Both the position numbers and the translations under genes were made by a program. A DNA stretch of 64,000 nucleotides from the IMG/VR virus record IMGVR_UViG_3300025158_000005; one strand, written 5' to 3'. This stretch comes from a virus. Below the pieces are notes generated by a model. The model made no database searches. It saw nothing but the letters and a program-made list of their open reading frames with translations, and was not told the origin of the DNA. Positions 37,884 through 48,604 of the stretch are shown one piece after another; within the stretch, counting starts at the first letter, position 1; each line of letters opens with the position of its first letter.

Positions 37884-40370
37884 ATGTCAGAGTTCTACAC
37901 ATCCGTACTTCAATACGGTAACAAGATTTTATACCGAGGTTACAAAAATGGTCGGAGAGTTCATGAAAAACTGGATTTTTCGCCTACGCTTTACATTAAT
38001 ACAAAAAAACCAACAAAATATAAAACTTTGTATGGTCAATTAGTTGAACCGGTTAGTCTAGGTTCAATCAACGAAGCAAAAGAATATATCAAGCGTTATG
38101 AGGACGTTGAAGGTTTTGAGGTATTCGGAATGAAACAATTCCAATATCAATATATCGCAGAAAATTTCAAAGGCGACATATCATTCAATATCGATCACAT
38201 GAAAGTAATGACGATTGATATTGAAACCTCCGTCGAATTGGGAGGTTTCCCTGATGTAAAAAGCGCTCAAGAGCAAATTCTTCTTATTTCTGCACAAGAT
38301 AAACTTACGAAAACGAATATCGTTTTTGGATTCAAACCATACGAAAAGTCCAACGATGATGCCTTCGAATACCGTCAATTCAAGGACGAATACTCGATGC
38401 TCAAGGGATTCATTGAGTTTTGGCAAGGTAATACACCAGATATTATTACTGGTTGGAATATCGGGGGATTCGATATTCCATATTTGATTGGTAGATTGAA
38501 TCGAATATTAGATGAATCATGGACGAAAAAGTTATCTCCATGGAATATTATCAATAGTCGAGAAATACCTGGTAAATTCGGTTCTACTGAAAAAGTAACT
38601 AAATGGGATATCGTTGGTGTCGTTGTTCTTGATTATATGGAACTGTACAAGAAATATGTACAAGCATCTAGAGAATCATATACGTTGGGATTCATTTCTC
38701 AATTGGAACTTGGTGACACCAAAATGGAATTGGAAGGGTCGTTCAAGGAACAATATACCAATCAATGGAACGATTTTGTAAGATATAACGCTAAAGATAC
38801 TGCTCTTGTTGATAGACTTGACGAAAAGTTGAAATTTATCGAAATTATCTGCACTCTGGGTTACACCGCAAAGGTGAATATTGCTGATGGTTTCGGCATG
38901 GTGAAGACGTGGGATATCTTCATTTATAATTACCTAAAAGCAAAAGATATTGTAATTCCAAATCATACTGGTCGAGCAAAAGGTGATTTCGAAGGAGCGT
39001 GGGTAAAAGAGCCAATCCCAGGCTATTATGGTTGGACCATGTCGTTTGACTTCACGGGACTATATCCTAGTATCATGCAACAATGGAATATTAGCCCCGA
39101 AACAATAATGGGAGTAATTCCTAATGTAAATGTCGAACGATTCATGAATAGTAATTTTGAACGTCCCGATGGTGATTTTACTATCGCGGCCAACGGAGCA
39201 ATATTTTCAAAAGAAAAGTTAGGAATCGTTCCAGAAGTTTCAAAGGTTATAACGGATAGTCGAAAAGTCGTCAAGAAGCAAATGCTAGCACTTGAACAGG
39301 AATATGACAAGACTAAAGACAAAAATCTTTTAATCCAAATTGCTGGTTTGAGTGGTAAACAAAACGCATATAAGACGCTGAACAACTCACTTTATGGAGT
39401 TATGACGAATCATGTTTTTAGATATTTTGACCTTCGCGTTGGAGAAGCAGTAACTCTAACCGGGCAGGCTTCTGATCAACATATCGAACTTGTTATGAAT
39501 CAGTATATGAATAAAATCATGAAAACTGATAACGTTGATTATGTTATTGCAGGTGATACCGATTCGATTTATCTGAATGTTGATGGTCTTGTCAAGCAAT
39601 TCTTTCCTAATGAGAGTCTTGATAAAACTGTAAAGTTGCTTGATAAAGTAGGAGAAGACCGATTCCAGAAGGTACTCAATGCCTCGATTGATCATATCTA
39701 TAATATCGGCAATTGCTATAAGAAAACGATGGCGATGAAGCGCGAGGCCATCGCGTCTAAAGCGATCTGGACCGCCAAGAAAAGATATGCCATGATCGTG
39801 CATAATTCGGAAGGCGTCGATTATACTCCATACAAGTTGAAGATCATGGGTATGGATTTGATCAAATCATCAACCCCAGTCTTGATACGTAAATATTTGA
39901 AAGATGCTCTTACGTTGATTTTTGAGAGTGATCAAGAAGCACTATATGAGTTTGTTGATGATCTCAAGAAGAAGTTTTTGAAGATGACTCCTGAGGAAAT
40001 TGCATTTCCTCGTGGGTGCAACGACTTGACTAAATACACAGATAATAAGGCTATTTTCAAGTCAGGAACACCGATTCATGTGAGAGGCAGTCTGATTTAT
40101 AACCATATGAATCGAAATAATAAAGACGTTGTACCTATCAAGGACGGAGATAAGATCAAGTTCATTTATCTCAAGGTTCCAAATCCTTGTCGTGAAAACG
40201 TAATTTCATTCCCATCATTCGGAACGTTGCCTCCAGATATGGGTTTACATAAGTACATTGATTATGAAAAACAGTGGGAGAAAGTTTTTATTGCTCCCCT
40301 ACTTGGCATCACAACTGCGATAGGTTGGAATCCAGAAAAACGACCAAGTTTAGAAGATTTTTTTATCTAA
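37884..40370 (+). CDS. gp43: Family B DNA polymerase gp43 (unsplit)
   Basis: Exonuclease DIET, GWN..FDIPY and YN..D; polymerase SFDFTGLYPSI, K...NSLYG, AGDTDS and KKRY. Confidence 0.97.
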   Translation: MSEFYTSVLQYGNKILYRGYKNGRRVHEKLDFSPTLYINTKKPTKYKTLYGQLVEPVSLGSINEAKEYIKRYEDVEGFEVFGMKQFQYQYIAENFKGDISFNIDHMKVMTIDIETSVELGGFPDVKSAQEQILLISAQDKLTKTNIVFGFKPYEKSNDDAFEYRQFKDEYSMLKGFIEFWQGNTPDIITGWNIGGFDIPYLIGRLNRILDESWTKKLSPWNIINSREIPGKFGSTEKVTKWDIVGVVVLDYMELYKKYVQASRESYTLGFISQLELGDTKMELEGSFKEQYTNQWNDFVRYNAKDTALVDRLDEKLKFIEIICTLGYTAKVNIADGFGMVKTWDIFIYNYLKAKDIVIPNHTGRAKGDFEGAWVKEPIPGYYGWTMSFDFTGLYPSIMQQWNISPETIMGVIPNVNVERFMNSNFERPDGDFTIAANGAIFSKEKLGIVPEVSKVITDSRKVVKKQMLALEQEYDKTKDKNLLIQIAGLSGKQNAYKTLNNSLYGVMTNHVFRYFDLRVGEAVTLTGQASDQHIELVMNQYMNKIMKTDNVDYVIAGDTDSIYLNVDGLVKQFFPNESLDKTVKLLDKVGEDRFQKVLNASIDHIYNIGNCYKKTMAMKREAIASKAIWTAKKRYAMIVHNSEGVDYTPYKLKIMGMDLIKSSTPVLIRKYLKDALTLIFESDQEALYEFVDDLKKKFLKMTPEEIAFPRGCNDLTKYTDNKAIFKSGTPIHVRGSLIYNHMNRNNKDVVPIKDGDKIKFIYLKVPNPCRENVISFPSFGTLPPDMGLHKYIDYEKQWEKVFIAPLLGITTAIGWNPEKRPSLEDFFI

Positions 40371-40459
40371 CTTATTCAACCATTTCAGTGTTAGAGTCCT
40401 TAGGAAGTGCAATTCCGCGAAGGACAAGGATATTTTATTTTTGATAAAAGGAGTACGTA

Positions 40460-41200
40460 ATGAAGTTAGTTCTAACAAGTATCGCAGCAGCAGTTATTTT
40501 ATCAGCATGTAGTGGAGCGCCTTCCAAGGTAATTGATGCAAATTATTCTGTCTACGTTAAGACAGTCAGTGATCAAAATAAGGCAAAACTGGAAGCGTCT
40601 GGACGCCCAATCTTTCAGTTGAAGGGTATTGCTGGACAATCGATTTCCATGAGTGGTGTATCAGAGATTTCAGTTTATGCGCCAGCGAACGGAGGGAATG
40701 AAAACCTAGCGGCTGTGCAACCATACGTTGCACCAAAGAACCAGTTTGTTGAAGGCATCAGAGCAGCGGGTGAAGTTGTGGCGCCATGGACAGGCGTGGC
40801 AAGTTTATGGGTCGGCGGCAAAGCACTTACCAACCTAACGAATTCAGTTGGTGGTGCGGCTGGGCAGGGCTATCAATATGTACAAGCCCCCGCAGCTAAC
40901 ATGACGATTGGTGGTCACGGCGTTATTGGTTCGGGTTCGTTCACTGAAAGCACTTTGTCTGGAACTGGCACCATGGGTGCAGGCGACTACTCAAGTCTTG
41001 GTGGCTCTGGAACGCTAGGGTCTGGCGCTTACAATCCAACTGTGACGAACACTGGTGGTCAAGGTGGCCTGGGTGGAGTTGGTGGTACAGGAGGAACCGG
41101 CGGATCAGGCACGACAACTGGCGGTAACGGTGCATCCGGCGCATCTGGCGGTAACGGTGGCACTGGCGGCGCAGGCACTACGGGTACAGTCACAAACTAA
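40460..41200 (+). CDS. Lipoprotein with a Gly/Thr-rich C-terminal tail
   Basis: Signal peptide and lipobox LSAC; GGxGGxGG repeats. Confidence 0.7.
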   Translation: MKLVLTSIAAAVILSACSGAPSKVIDANYSVYVKTVSDQNKAKLEASGRPIFQLKGIAGQSISMSGVSEISVYAPANGGNENLAAVQPYVAPKNQFVEGIRAAGEVVAPWTGVASLWVGGKALTNLTNSVGGAAGQGYQYVQAPAANMTIGGHGVIGSGSFTESTLSGTGTMGAGDYSSLGGSGTLGSGAYNPTVTNTGGQGGLGGVGGTGGTGGSGTTTGGNGASGASGGNGGTGGAGTTGTVTN

Positions 41201-41212
41201 GTCGTATTAGTC

Positions 41213-41251
41213 AAAAAGACCTCAAGATAAATTTGCGTCTTGAGGTCTTTT
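41213..41251. terminator. Bidirectional terminator overlapping the uvsX promoter
   Basis: aaaagacctcaaga...tcttgaggtctttt; TTGCGT-N17-TACTAT inside it. Confidence 0.8.
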
Positions 41252-41314
41252 GCTTTACTATGTAATGTATGCATGGAAAGGACCATGCTTAATCAATCAA
41301 CCTAAAGGAAAATA

Positions 41315-42283
41315 ATGAACTTACTAGAACGCATGACGAAAGCGGGAAATATCGCAGCAGGAACACTATCAACGTCTGTCCTATTCAATGACAAGGACAT
41401 GATCCCAACCGAAATACCCATCATGAACATTGCCCTTGCGGGAAAACTAGATGGAGGTCTAGTTCCTGGTCTAACGGTAATCGCCGGTCCATCAAAACAC
41501 TTCAAGTCTCTCATGTCTTTGATTATGGTTAAAGCTTATATGAAAAAGTATGAAGATGCAATCTGTTTATTTTATGACTCTGAATTTGGTATTACGCCCG
41601 AGTATATCAAAGCACAAGGTATTGACGCAGATCGTGTTTTGCATATCCCCGTTGAACATATCGAACAACTGAAGTTTGACTTGGCTCAACGGCTGGAAGA
41701 AATCAAGCGCAACGACCACGTTATCATCTTCATTGATTCCGTCGGAAATCTTGCATCCAAGAAGGAAGTAGAAGACGCGAAGAATGAAAATTCTGCTGCT
41801 GACATGACACGTGCAAAAGCCATGAAGTCATTGTTCCGTATCGTGACTCCACATCTGACGACCCGTGATATTCCATGTATTGTGGTAAATCATACATATC
41901 AAACACAAGAAATGTATTCTAAGACTGTTGTAAGTGGGGGTTGTATGGTTGCTGACACAAAAATCCACACACTACAAGGTCTAAAAGCTATTCAAGATAT
42001 TGCAAGAGGTGATATTGTATCAACTCTTGAAGGCGAAAAGATGGTTACTCACACCTGGAATCCAGATACTCTTGAAGACGGCGAACCTGAGTGTTATGAA
42101 ATAGAATTTGAAGATGGTTATGTCTGTACTGTTTCTGAAACCCATCCATTTTTAACTAAATCTGGGTGGATAACTGCAGATCAACTAACAGTTGGAAGTG
42201 AAGTGTCAAAAGTAATAAATACCTGTATCAATAATAACGAACAGGTATTTATTAATGAACATAGTCTATCTAATACAATTTAA
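41315..42283 (+). CDS. uvsX: UvsX recombinase N-extein + split intein N-part
   Basis: GPSKHFKS, YDSEFG and DSVGNLASKKE; at SGG|C the intein block A CMVADTKI and block B SETHPF begin (41942). Confidence 0.93.
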   Translation: MNLLERMTKAGNIAAGTLSTSVLFNDKDMIPTEIPIMNIALAGKLDGGLVPGLTVIAGPSKHFKSLMSLIMVKAYMKKYEDAICLFYDSEFGITPEYIKAQGIDADRVLHIPVEHIEQLKFDLAQRLEEIKRNDHVIIFIDSVGNLASKKEVEDAKNENSAADMTRAKAMKSLFRIVTPHLTTRDIPCIVVNHTYQTQEMYSKTVVSGGCMVADTKIHTLQGLKAIQDIARGDIVSTLEGEKMVTHTWNPDTLEDGEPECYEIEFEDGYVCTVSETHPFLTKSGWITADQLTVGSEVSKVINTCINNNEQVFINEHSLSNTI

Positions 42284-42908
42284 TATAGATACGCTACCAA
42301 ACAAATATATCGGCAGTAAATCTAACTGTAGTGTAGTTAACAATAAAATTTTAAATTCAAGAGGAAAAGAATATTGTGGTTCATCGGCTGATAAAGTATT
42401 CAAACAGTTAGTAGAATCATTAATTCCATATGAAGTTAAAGTTTTAGGTACATTTGAATCATATTCTGATGCGTTGATAGCTGAGAGAGATATTCAGATA
42501 AACTACGATGTAGTTGCTAGTGTAGAATTTTTTAATAAATCTATAGCAACATTTTCATCATTCGCTGATCCCAGTTATGCCACATATAAGCATGTTGTAA
42601 CGGATAAATGTGTTAGATTAAAACGAGATCATCCTAAAGTGTTATCTGGGGAATATGCTGGTGTTTCTAAAGGAACAATCCTATCAGAGGATGAACGAAA
42701 GAAAAGAGGAAGAAGCGGTATAGAAAATGGGTTTTATGGAAAAACACATTCCGCTGAAACCAAATCATTATGCGGAAAGAAAATAGGAGATTCACACCGT
42801 GGTAAACCAAAAACAGATGAACAAAGACGAAAAATGTCCGAAGCAAGAAAATTGTGGTGGATTAATCGTAAAAAGAGTAACGAAAGTCGGCAAACAGAAA
42901 GTGTATGA
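42255..42908 (+). mobile_element. Free-standing GIY-YIG / NUMOD3 homing endonuclease between the intein halves
   Basis: IVY...YIGSK, Y.GSS, FFN; NGFYGKTHS.ETK and KTDEQRRKMSE repeats; late TAAATA at ~42216. Confidence 0.8.
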
Positions 42909-43380
42909 TATTACTGTAGCTGATAACCACCATTATATTCTAGAAAATGGTGTTGTCTGTCACAATACTGGAATTTACTACTCAGCGAATGCCATTTGGA
43001 TCATTGGGCGATCACAAGAAAAAGAAGGTACGGAAGTCGTTGGCTATAACTTTACGATCAATATTGAGAAGTCTAGATACGTTAAGGAAAAGATGAAGTG
43101 CCCGTTTACAGTCACATTTGATGGTGGTATCAATAGGTGGTCTGGTCTAATGGATATTGCTCTCGAAACTGGGCATTGCACGAAACCCAAGAACGGATGG
43201 TATCAACGCCAGGGCGACGAAAAGAACTATCGACTGGCAGACACAAATTGTAAAGAGTTTTGGATTCCAGTCTTGACCGACAAGACTTTCCAGACGGCTG
43301 TTCAGCAAAAGTTTCAACTAGGTACTGCCGCATTGATTCAAGAACATGCAGAGCACGTAGACCATGATGGAGAAGCATAA
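42799..43380 (+). CDS. uvsX: Split intein C-part + UvsX C-extein
   Basis: VYDITV..HHY..NGVVCHN|TGIYYSA, then UvsX EKSRYVKE and GGINRWSGL; AGGAG 9 nt before the GTG start. Confidence 0.9.
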   Translation: MVNQKQMNKDEKCPKQENCGGLIVKRVTKVGKQKVYDITVADNHHYILENGVVCHNTGIYYSANAIWIIGRSQEKEGTEVVGYNFTINIEKSRYVKEKMKCPFTVTFDGGINRWSGLMDIALETGHCTKPKNGWYQRQGDEKNYRLADTNCKEFWIPVLTDKTFQTAVQQKFQLGTAALIQEHAEHVDHDGEA

Positions 43381-43632
43381 ATGAGTTACAACGTAGGATG
43401 GGCATGCCCAAGATGTGGTGCACCGAATGCACCAACTAATGTAACGTGTGCGGCATGTTTTGGAACGCCCAATACGGAGAGCATCCCTGAATGGTCTCCG
43501 CCCAAGGATGACGGTAGAATTTCTCTCATGGAAATTGGCCAGAAGTGCCCGGCATGTAATCGTGTCATTTCCGGAATAACGGGTTTCGCATGTGCACGGA
43601 TTGACTGTCCATCAACAAGACTTCTTGATTAA
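43381..43632 (+). CDS. Small Cys-rich Zn-finger protein
   Basis: GWACPRCG..N.P....C..C, CPAC and C...CP motifs. Confidence 0.6.
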   Translation: MSYNVGWACPRCGAPNAPTNVTCAACFGTPNTESIPEWSPPKDDGRISLMEIGQKCPACNRVISGITGFACARIDCPSTRLLD

Positions 43633-43639
43633 GGATATT

Positions 43640-43927
43640 ATGTTTAGAGTTTTAGATGAGAAACACCATGACTTCAACGTTATCGAAATTACCGAAGGTC
43701 AATTCAAAGACTTCAAGATTGTCTACGGAGAAATCAAGTTTGCAGATGCTCCTAACGAGGATGGTACATACACGATCAAATTTGACTGTGACGTTATGAA
43801 TGATAAAATGGTTACTGATAGAGATGCATTTCAGGAAGTGACCGGAGACATATTGGTTGCTCTTATGGAGACAGCCGTGAAAGAATCCGAGTACCTACTG
43901 AAAGGCGGCATAGATGAAGCGAATTGA
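43640..43927 (+). CDS. gp40-like head vertex assembly chaperone
   Basis: I.I.EG.F....YG.I.F, F..GDIL motifs; uvsX-gp41 position. Confidence 0.55.
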   Translation: MFRVLDEKHHDFNVIEITEGQFKDFKIVYGEIKFADAPNEDGTYTIKFDCDVMNDKMVTDRDAFQEVTGDILVALMETAVKESEYLLKGGIDEAN

Positions 43928-45290
43928 AGAAGTAATTCTTTCAAACACTGTAAACGATGAATTATATGCAAGACGAGTCTTACCGTTCTTACAAGAAGAT
44001 TATTTTCATGATCGCAGGGACCGTGAAGTATTCAAACTGATCAACGGGCATTTCGTACAGTATAACGAACTTCCTAACATAACCACGCTAACCATTGATG
44101 CTGACAAGGTTCAATGCAACAAAGACGAGCATGATCAGATTCTAGAAATCATATCTGGGCTTGATCATGTCTCTACTGACAAGCAACAATGGTTAATTGA
44201 ACGCACTGAAAAATTCTGTAAAGAGAAGGCGATTCATAATGCCATTATGCGGTCGATTACGATTCTTGATGGTAAGGACAAACAGTATACAGAAGATGCG
44301 TTGCCTTCCCTTCTAGCAGAAGCAATCTCAGTATCGTTTGATAAGTCCGTTGGGCATGATTTCTACGATGACGCCGAAAAGCGGTATGATTACTATCATA
44401 TGAAGGAAGATCGCCTTCCGTTTGATTTATCGATGTTCAACAAGATATCGAAAGGTGGTATACCTCGAAAAACGCTTAATGGCATTCTTGCATCAACTGG
44501 CGTAGGAAAATCTTTGTTTCTTTGCCACCTTGCTGCTGCATCACTTAAACAGGGCAAAAACGTACTTTATATCACGATGGAAATGAGTGAGGAACGAATC
44601 GCCGAACGTATTGACTGCAACCTGTTGAACATTGATATTGACGAATTGTTCAAGATTGGTAAAAAGACGTTCACTACGAAGGTTGAAGAACTACAATCCA
44701 AGACCCATGGAAAACTGATTATCAAGGAATACCCAACAGGGAATGCTCATGCGGGGCATTTCCGGGCATTACTCGATGAACTGAAAACAAAGAAGAATTT
44801 TCTACCAGACGTAATCATGATCGATTACCTAAACATTTGTGCTAGTCAACGTGTCAAGAATCAAAACGCAAATTCCTATACAATTGTCAAGAGCATCGCC
44901 GAGGAACTACGCGCACTGGCGGTTGAATTTGATGTTCCTGTTTGGACTGCAACTCAGACGAATCGTGGTGGTGCTAACAATTCGGATGTTAGCATTACCG
45001 ATACGTCAGAATCTTTCGGTCTTCCAATGACACTCGATTTCCTTTTTGCAATGGTACGTACAGAAGAATTGGACGAGTTGGGTCAATTGCTATGTATTCA
45101 GTTGAAGTCCCGATACGGAGATATTAACTACCATCGCAAGTTTGTTGTCGGAGTCGATATCAAGAAATTCATGCTATATGATGTTGAAGAATCTACCCAG
45201 GATGACGTTGTTGACGATAGACCTGCATTTGATAACTCCAAGTTCGGTGGTGCTATGAAAGCCGAAAAATATGAATTTAACTTTGACTAA
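43914..45290 (+). CDS. gp41: Replicative helicase gp41
   Basis: TGVGKSL, YITMEM.EE, IIKEYPT, DYLNI, ATQTNR and SESFGLP motifs. Confidence 0.97.
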   Translation: MKRIEEVILSNTVNDELYARRVLPFLQEDYFHDRRDREVFKLINGHFVQYNELPNITTLTIDADKVQCNKDEHDQILEIISGLDHVSTDKQQWLIERTEKFCKEKAIHNAIMRSITILDGKDKQYTEDALPSLLAEAISVSFDKSVGHDFYDDAEKRYDYYHMKEDRLPFDLSMFNKISKGGIPRKTLNGILASTGVGKSLFLCHLAAASLKQGKNVLYITMEMSEERIAERIDCNLLNIDIDELFKIGKKTFTTKVEELQSKTHGKLIIKEYPTGNAHAGHFRALLDELKTKKNFLPDVIMIDYLNICASQRVKNQNANSYTIVKSIAEELRALAVEFDVPVWTATQTNRGGANNSDVSITDTSESFGLPMTLDFLFAMVRTEELDELGQLLCIQLKSRYGDINYHRKFVVGVDIKKFMLYDVEESTQDDVVDDRPAFDNSKFGGAMKAEKYEFNFD

Positions 45291-45292
45291 AC

Positions 45293-45658
45293 ATGATATT
45301 TAAAAAAATAGACATTGATCAACTACACAAGAATACGGAACTTCTGTACGCCGGGGATCAGGAATTTAGATTCCGGCGAGATTCTGGCTATACCGCAACG
45401 GTATTGTATGACATTGTTGGTTCCATGTCGGTGTCAAGTCGTGCATTGTATGTTTTAAAATGCGTAAGTCGCCAAAGATGCAAATATCTTTCGCAGGAAA
45501 TGCTTAGAATTCTGACTGATATGGGCATTCAATGTGTTAGGGCAACCTAACAGGATATTCTAATCCATAACATACCGAGTGTTCGATTTGTCGTTTCTGA
45601 TCGATCAAACTGCTATTTACGAGGATTGAAGATCGACAATACTTGGTATGATGACTAA
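45293..45658 (+). pseudogene. ORF with an internal TAA (45548-50)
   Basis: The frame stays open for 35 further codons (...YLRGLKIDNTWYDD*) and fills the gap to the next promoter. Confidence 0.45.
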
Positions 45659-45717
45659 ATACCCCTCTTGAAAAGTGGTCTTTAGATAAATAAAGAATCA
45701 TTTACGAGGGTTTAATC

Positions 45718-46674
45718 ATGGCAGGGTTATCTGTAGCAGATTTATCAAAACGAGATAACTGGAATCTCATTCTCATTAAAATTGAGGGTAAGATTCCTTT
45801 TATTCTCACAACAGGCGCAGAGACTACGGTAGGTCATAAAGACACAAAAAAACATAAAATTTATGTTGATGCAATAAAATCAATCTCAGTTCCTAATATA
45901 AGATCATCTTTTTTGCAAGTTGGTTCATCTATAGTATTTACAACTATAGATGGTAAAAAGATAAAACTTACAGATATTCAAAAAACAAAGGAATTCGGTT
46001 CCGCTGGTAATACAACAGCAAAAGAAGATGCAGCATTAGAACAGTTGAGAAGTCATATAATATCTATAAAAAAACAAACTGGGCTGAATGAAATTCCAAT
46101 ACATATGAATGGTAAAATTTTCAATGTAAGTGATGCTGAATCTACGCCAGGAACTCCAAAGTCCGACTTTCATTTACTAGATAAGAATAATAAAGAAGTT
46201 GTGTGGATATCACATAAAGATGGTAGAACAGAAAAGGATTTTCAACAATGGGGAGGAATTTCTGAAAAAGAAGAAAAAGTAAATCATCATAAAGAGACCC
46301 AACAATTTATTCTAGAATGCCAGTCTATTTTTGGAGATAAAATTCCCAATGCAACAACAATGTCAAAAAAAATAAAAAACAAAGTTCTAAAATGTATGGC
46401 AATATATGGGGTTGATTATGGATCGGCATTTGGTAGACAAAATGTGAACGTGTGTTATCAGGGCAGTTTGTCAGTTGTCAAATTCGGAAGTTACTATAAA
46501 ATAGTAGCTTCTGCCCACGAACATTGGAATGGAGAAGTTCCTTCTGGTGGTTACGAACCAGTTTTTATGATAACATATAAAGGTGACAGAAGTCAGTTTG
46601 GTATTTCGGGGGCTAGACTAACTATATCTCCTTCTGGCTGTAGAAAATCAACGCCGATGCCTAGTGATAAATAA
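45718..46674 (+). CDS. PD-(D/E)xK-like nuclease, late-transcribed
   Basis: KE..A, TPKSDF...VWISHK...FQQWGG restriction-like core; AT-rich; TAAATA upstream. Confidence 0.55.
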   Translation: MAGLSVADLSKRDNWNLILIKIEGKIPFILTTGAETTVGHKDTKKHKIYVDAIKSISVPNIRSSFLQVGSSIVFTTIDGKKIKLTDIQKTKEFGSAGNTTAKEDAALEQLRSHIISIKKQTGLNEIPIHMNGKIFNVSDAESTPGTPKSDFHLLDKNNKEVVWISHKDGRTEKDFQQWGGISEKEEKVNHHKETQQFILECQSIFGDKIPNATTMSKKIKNKVLKCMAIYGVDYGSAFGRQNVNVCYQGSLSVVKFGSYYKIVASAHEHWNGEVPSGGYEPVFMITYKGDRSQFGISGARLTISPSGCRKSTPMPSDK

Positions 46675-46677
46675 ACA

Positions 46678-47952
46678 ATGATAAACTTCAAACAACTAAT
46701 CGAATCTATTGCTTTTGATCAAGCCTCGCGGGCTGGTCTACAATATCATGGTTTCGGGCGATATGGAACCAAAGACGGCAAGGTAACTCATGTTTCCAAG
46801 ATGGGTAAACTTGTACCCATTCATAAAGTGCCTGAAATGCGCACTCTGCATAATGATGAACTAAAACACCTTGAACACACTGAGGATGAAGTCTTTACTC
46901 ATGGTGTTCATGGTGTCACCAATGCAATGGATCAATTCAAGGCACTACAACACGATGACAACAGAACCACGATAAGCCAGAAGATCGACGGATCTCCAAG
47001 TTTCGTTATGGGTAAACATCCTCAAACGGGTAAATTTTTCGTTGCCTCGAAATCCGCCTTCAACAAAGACCCGAAGATTAATTATACCGAAGATGATATT
47101 GATCGAAATCATGGCCACGCACCAGGTCTTGCATCAAAACTAAAACAACTATTGAAGCACGGGCATAAGCTCGGTGTCGACGGCGTGGTTCAGGGCGACT
47201 TCTTATACGATCATGAAGATAAGAAGGACGAAGGAAACAAGTATTCGTTCAAGCCAAACACAATACGGTACTCGATTGGAAAAGATACCCCAGAGGGTAA
47301 AGCTGTTGGAGATTCCAAGATTGGTGTTGCCCTTCATACGCGATACGAGGGTGACAAAGCAGTGCTTGATCCTAACATAGAATACAAGCATCACAAAGAT
47401 GTTTACGTTATGCCAGTTGCGGTAAACAAGGATAAGATGAAGTTCGATAAAGACATGATCAAGAAAAAAGTTTCTGATATGGGTAGCACTACAAAGTCGA
47501 TTACTAAAGAAGGCTGGAATGCTGTCACTCATTCGTCCATCTTTCCTCATGTAAAGACATACATTAATTCAGAAGTTCGCAAGGGCAATCAAAATTACAA
47601 TGTAGATGGTTTGAAGAAGCATATCTTCGACAAGCATCAGAAAGAAATCGATTCCGTAAAAACTGAAAAGTCTAAGGCAACAAAGACAGCAAAACGTAAC
47701 GATCTTCTAAGTCATGTTGAAAACAATCGACAACATTTCGAGAATGCATTCAAGCTACAAGGTCATATCAATGACGTGAAACATCATATCATAGACAAAC
47801 TAGATCATGGTCAAACGTTTCATCATTCATACGACAATGGCGATGAAGCAAAGCCGGAGGGATATGTTATGATCGGCCATCATGGTCCGCTCAAGTTAGT
47901 AGATAGAGCAAATTTCAGTCGAGCAAATTTCGAAATGAGCAAAAACAGATGA
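46678..47952 (+). CDS. DUF6267-like protein with a ligase/capping-type nucleotidyltransferase fold
   Basis: HLEH.ED, KIDGSPS (motif I), QGDFLY, EGYV and KLVDR; MINFKQLIE start. Confidence 0.7.
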   Translation: MINFKQLIESIAFDQASRAGLQYHGFGRYGTKDGKVTHVSKMGKLVPIHKVPEMRTLHNDELKHLEHTEDEVFTHGVHGVTNAMDQFKALQHDDNRTTISQKIDGSPSFVMGKHPQTGKFFVASKSAFNKDPKINYTEDDIDRNHGHAPGLASKLKQLLKHGHKLGVDGVVQGDFLYDHEDKKDEGNKYSFKPNTIRYSIGKDTPEGKAVGDSKIGVALHTRYEGDKAVLDPNIEYKHHKDVYVMPVAVNKDKMKFDKDMIKKKVSDMGSTTKSITKEGWNAVTHSSIFPHVKTYINSEVRKGNQNYNVDGLKKHIFDKHQKEIDSVKTEKSKATKTAKRNDLLSHVENNRQHFENAFKLQGHINDVKHHIIDKLDHGQTFHHSYDNGDEAKPEGYVMIGHHGPLKLVDRANFSRANFEMSKNR

Positions 47953-48557
47953 AAACCTTCAAAGAGTTTGTTAGAAGTCTGCTAGAATCTACTGGAAAAA
48001 CGGCAGTATTAACTTATGGTCGAATGAATCCTCCCACAGTTGGTCACGCCAAACTTATCGACTCTGTGTTATCTCAAAAAGGAGACACTCATAGAGTTGT
48101 TGTTTCGCATAGTACGGATAGCAAAAAGAATCCTCTCACAGGAGAGGAAAAAGTTGGTCTGCTGCATAAGATGTATCCAGACCACAAGCACGTTTTTCAG
48201 TCTGCAACGAAAGAGATGCCCTCAATATTTCATCATGCCGCTGATCTACACAAACAAGGGCATGATCATCTGCATGTCGTTGTTGGCTCTGATAGGGTAA
48301 AGGAATTTACAGACTCATTGAACAAGTACAACGGCAAGTTCAATGATAAAGGTGATGGATATAAGTTCAAATCTATTAAAGTGACGAGTGCTGGAGATCG
48401 TGATCCCGATGCAGAAGGCACTGAAGGCATGAGTGCAAGCAAAATGCGGGAACACGCCAAGACTGGAAACGTAAGTGAGTTCAAGAAGGGTCTGCATTCA
48501 TCGCTACATGCACACGCAGAATCTATCATGAGTAAAATAAGAGACAGACTCAAGTGA
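47949..48557 (+). CDS. HIGH-superfamily nucleotidyltransferase (cytidylyl/NMN-adenylyl-like)
   Basis: GRMNPPTVGH, KNPL, VVGSDR, SAG.RDPD and SASKMR; MKTFKEF start. Confidence 0.85.
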   Translation: MKTFKEFVRSLLESTGKTAVLTYGRMNPPTVGHAKLIDSVLSQKGDTHRVVVSHSTDSKKNPLTGEEKVGLLHKMYPDHKHVFQSATKEMPSIFHHAADLHKQGHDHLHVVVGSDRVKEFTDSLNKYNGKFNDKGDGYKFKSIKVTSAGDRDPDAEGTEGMSASKMREHAKTGNVSEFKKGLHSSLHAHAESIMSKIRDRLK

Positions 48558-48604
48558 TCATTTAAAGACGATAAATAATACATCGTACATATATTGATGG
48601 GTTT

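Noticed and set aside
47949-48557. Complete NAD reconstitution (NARP) pathway
   Set aside because: No Nampt/Namat or Adps partner is visible, and the transferase substrate is unknown.
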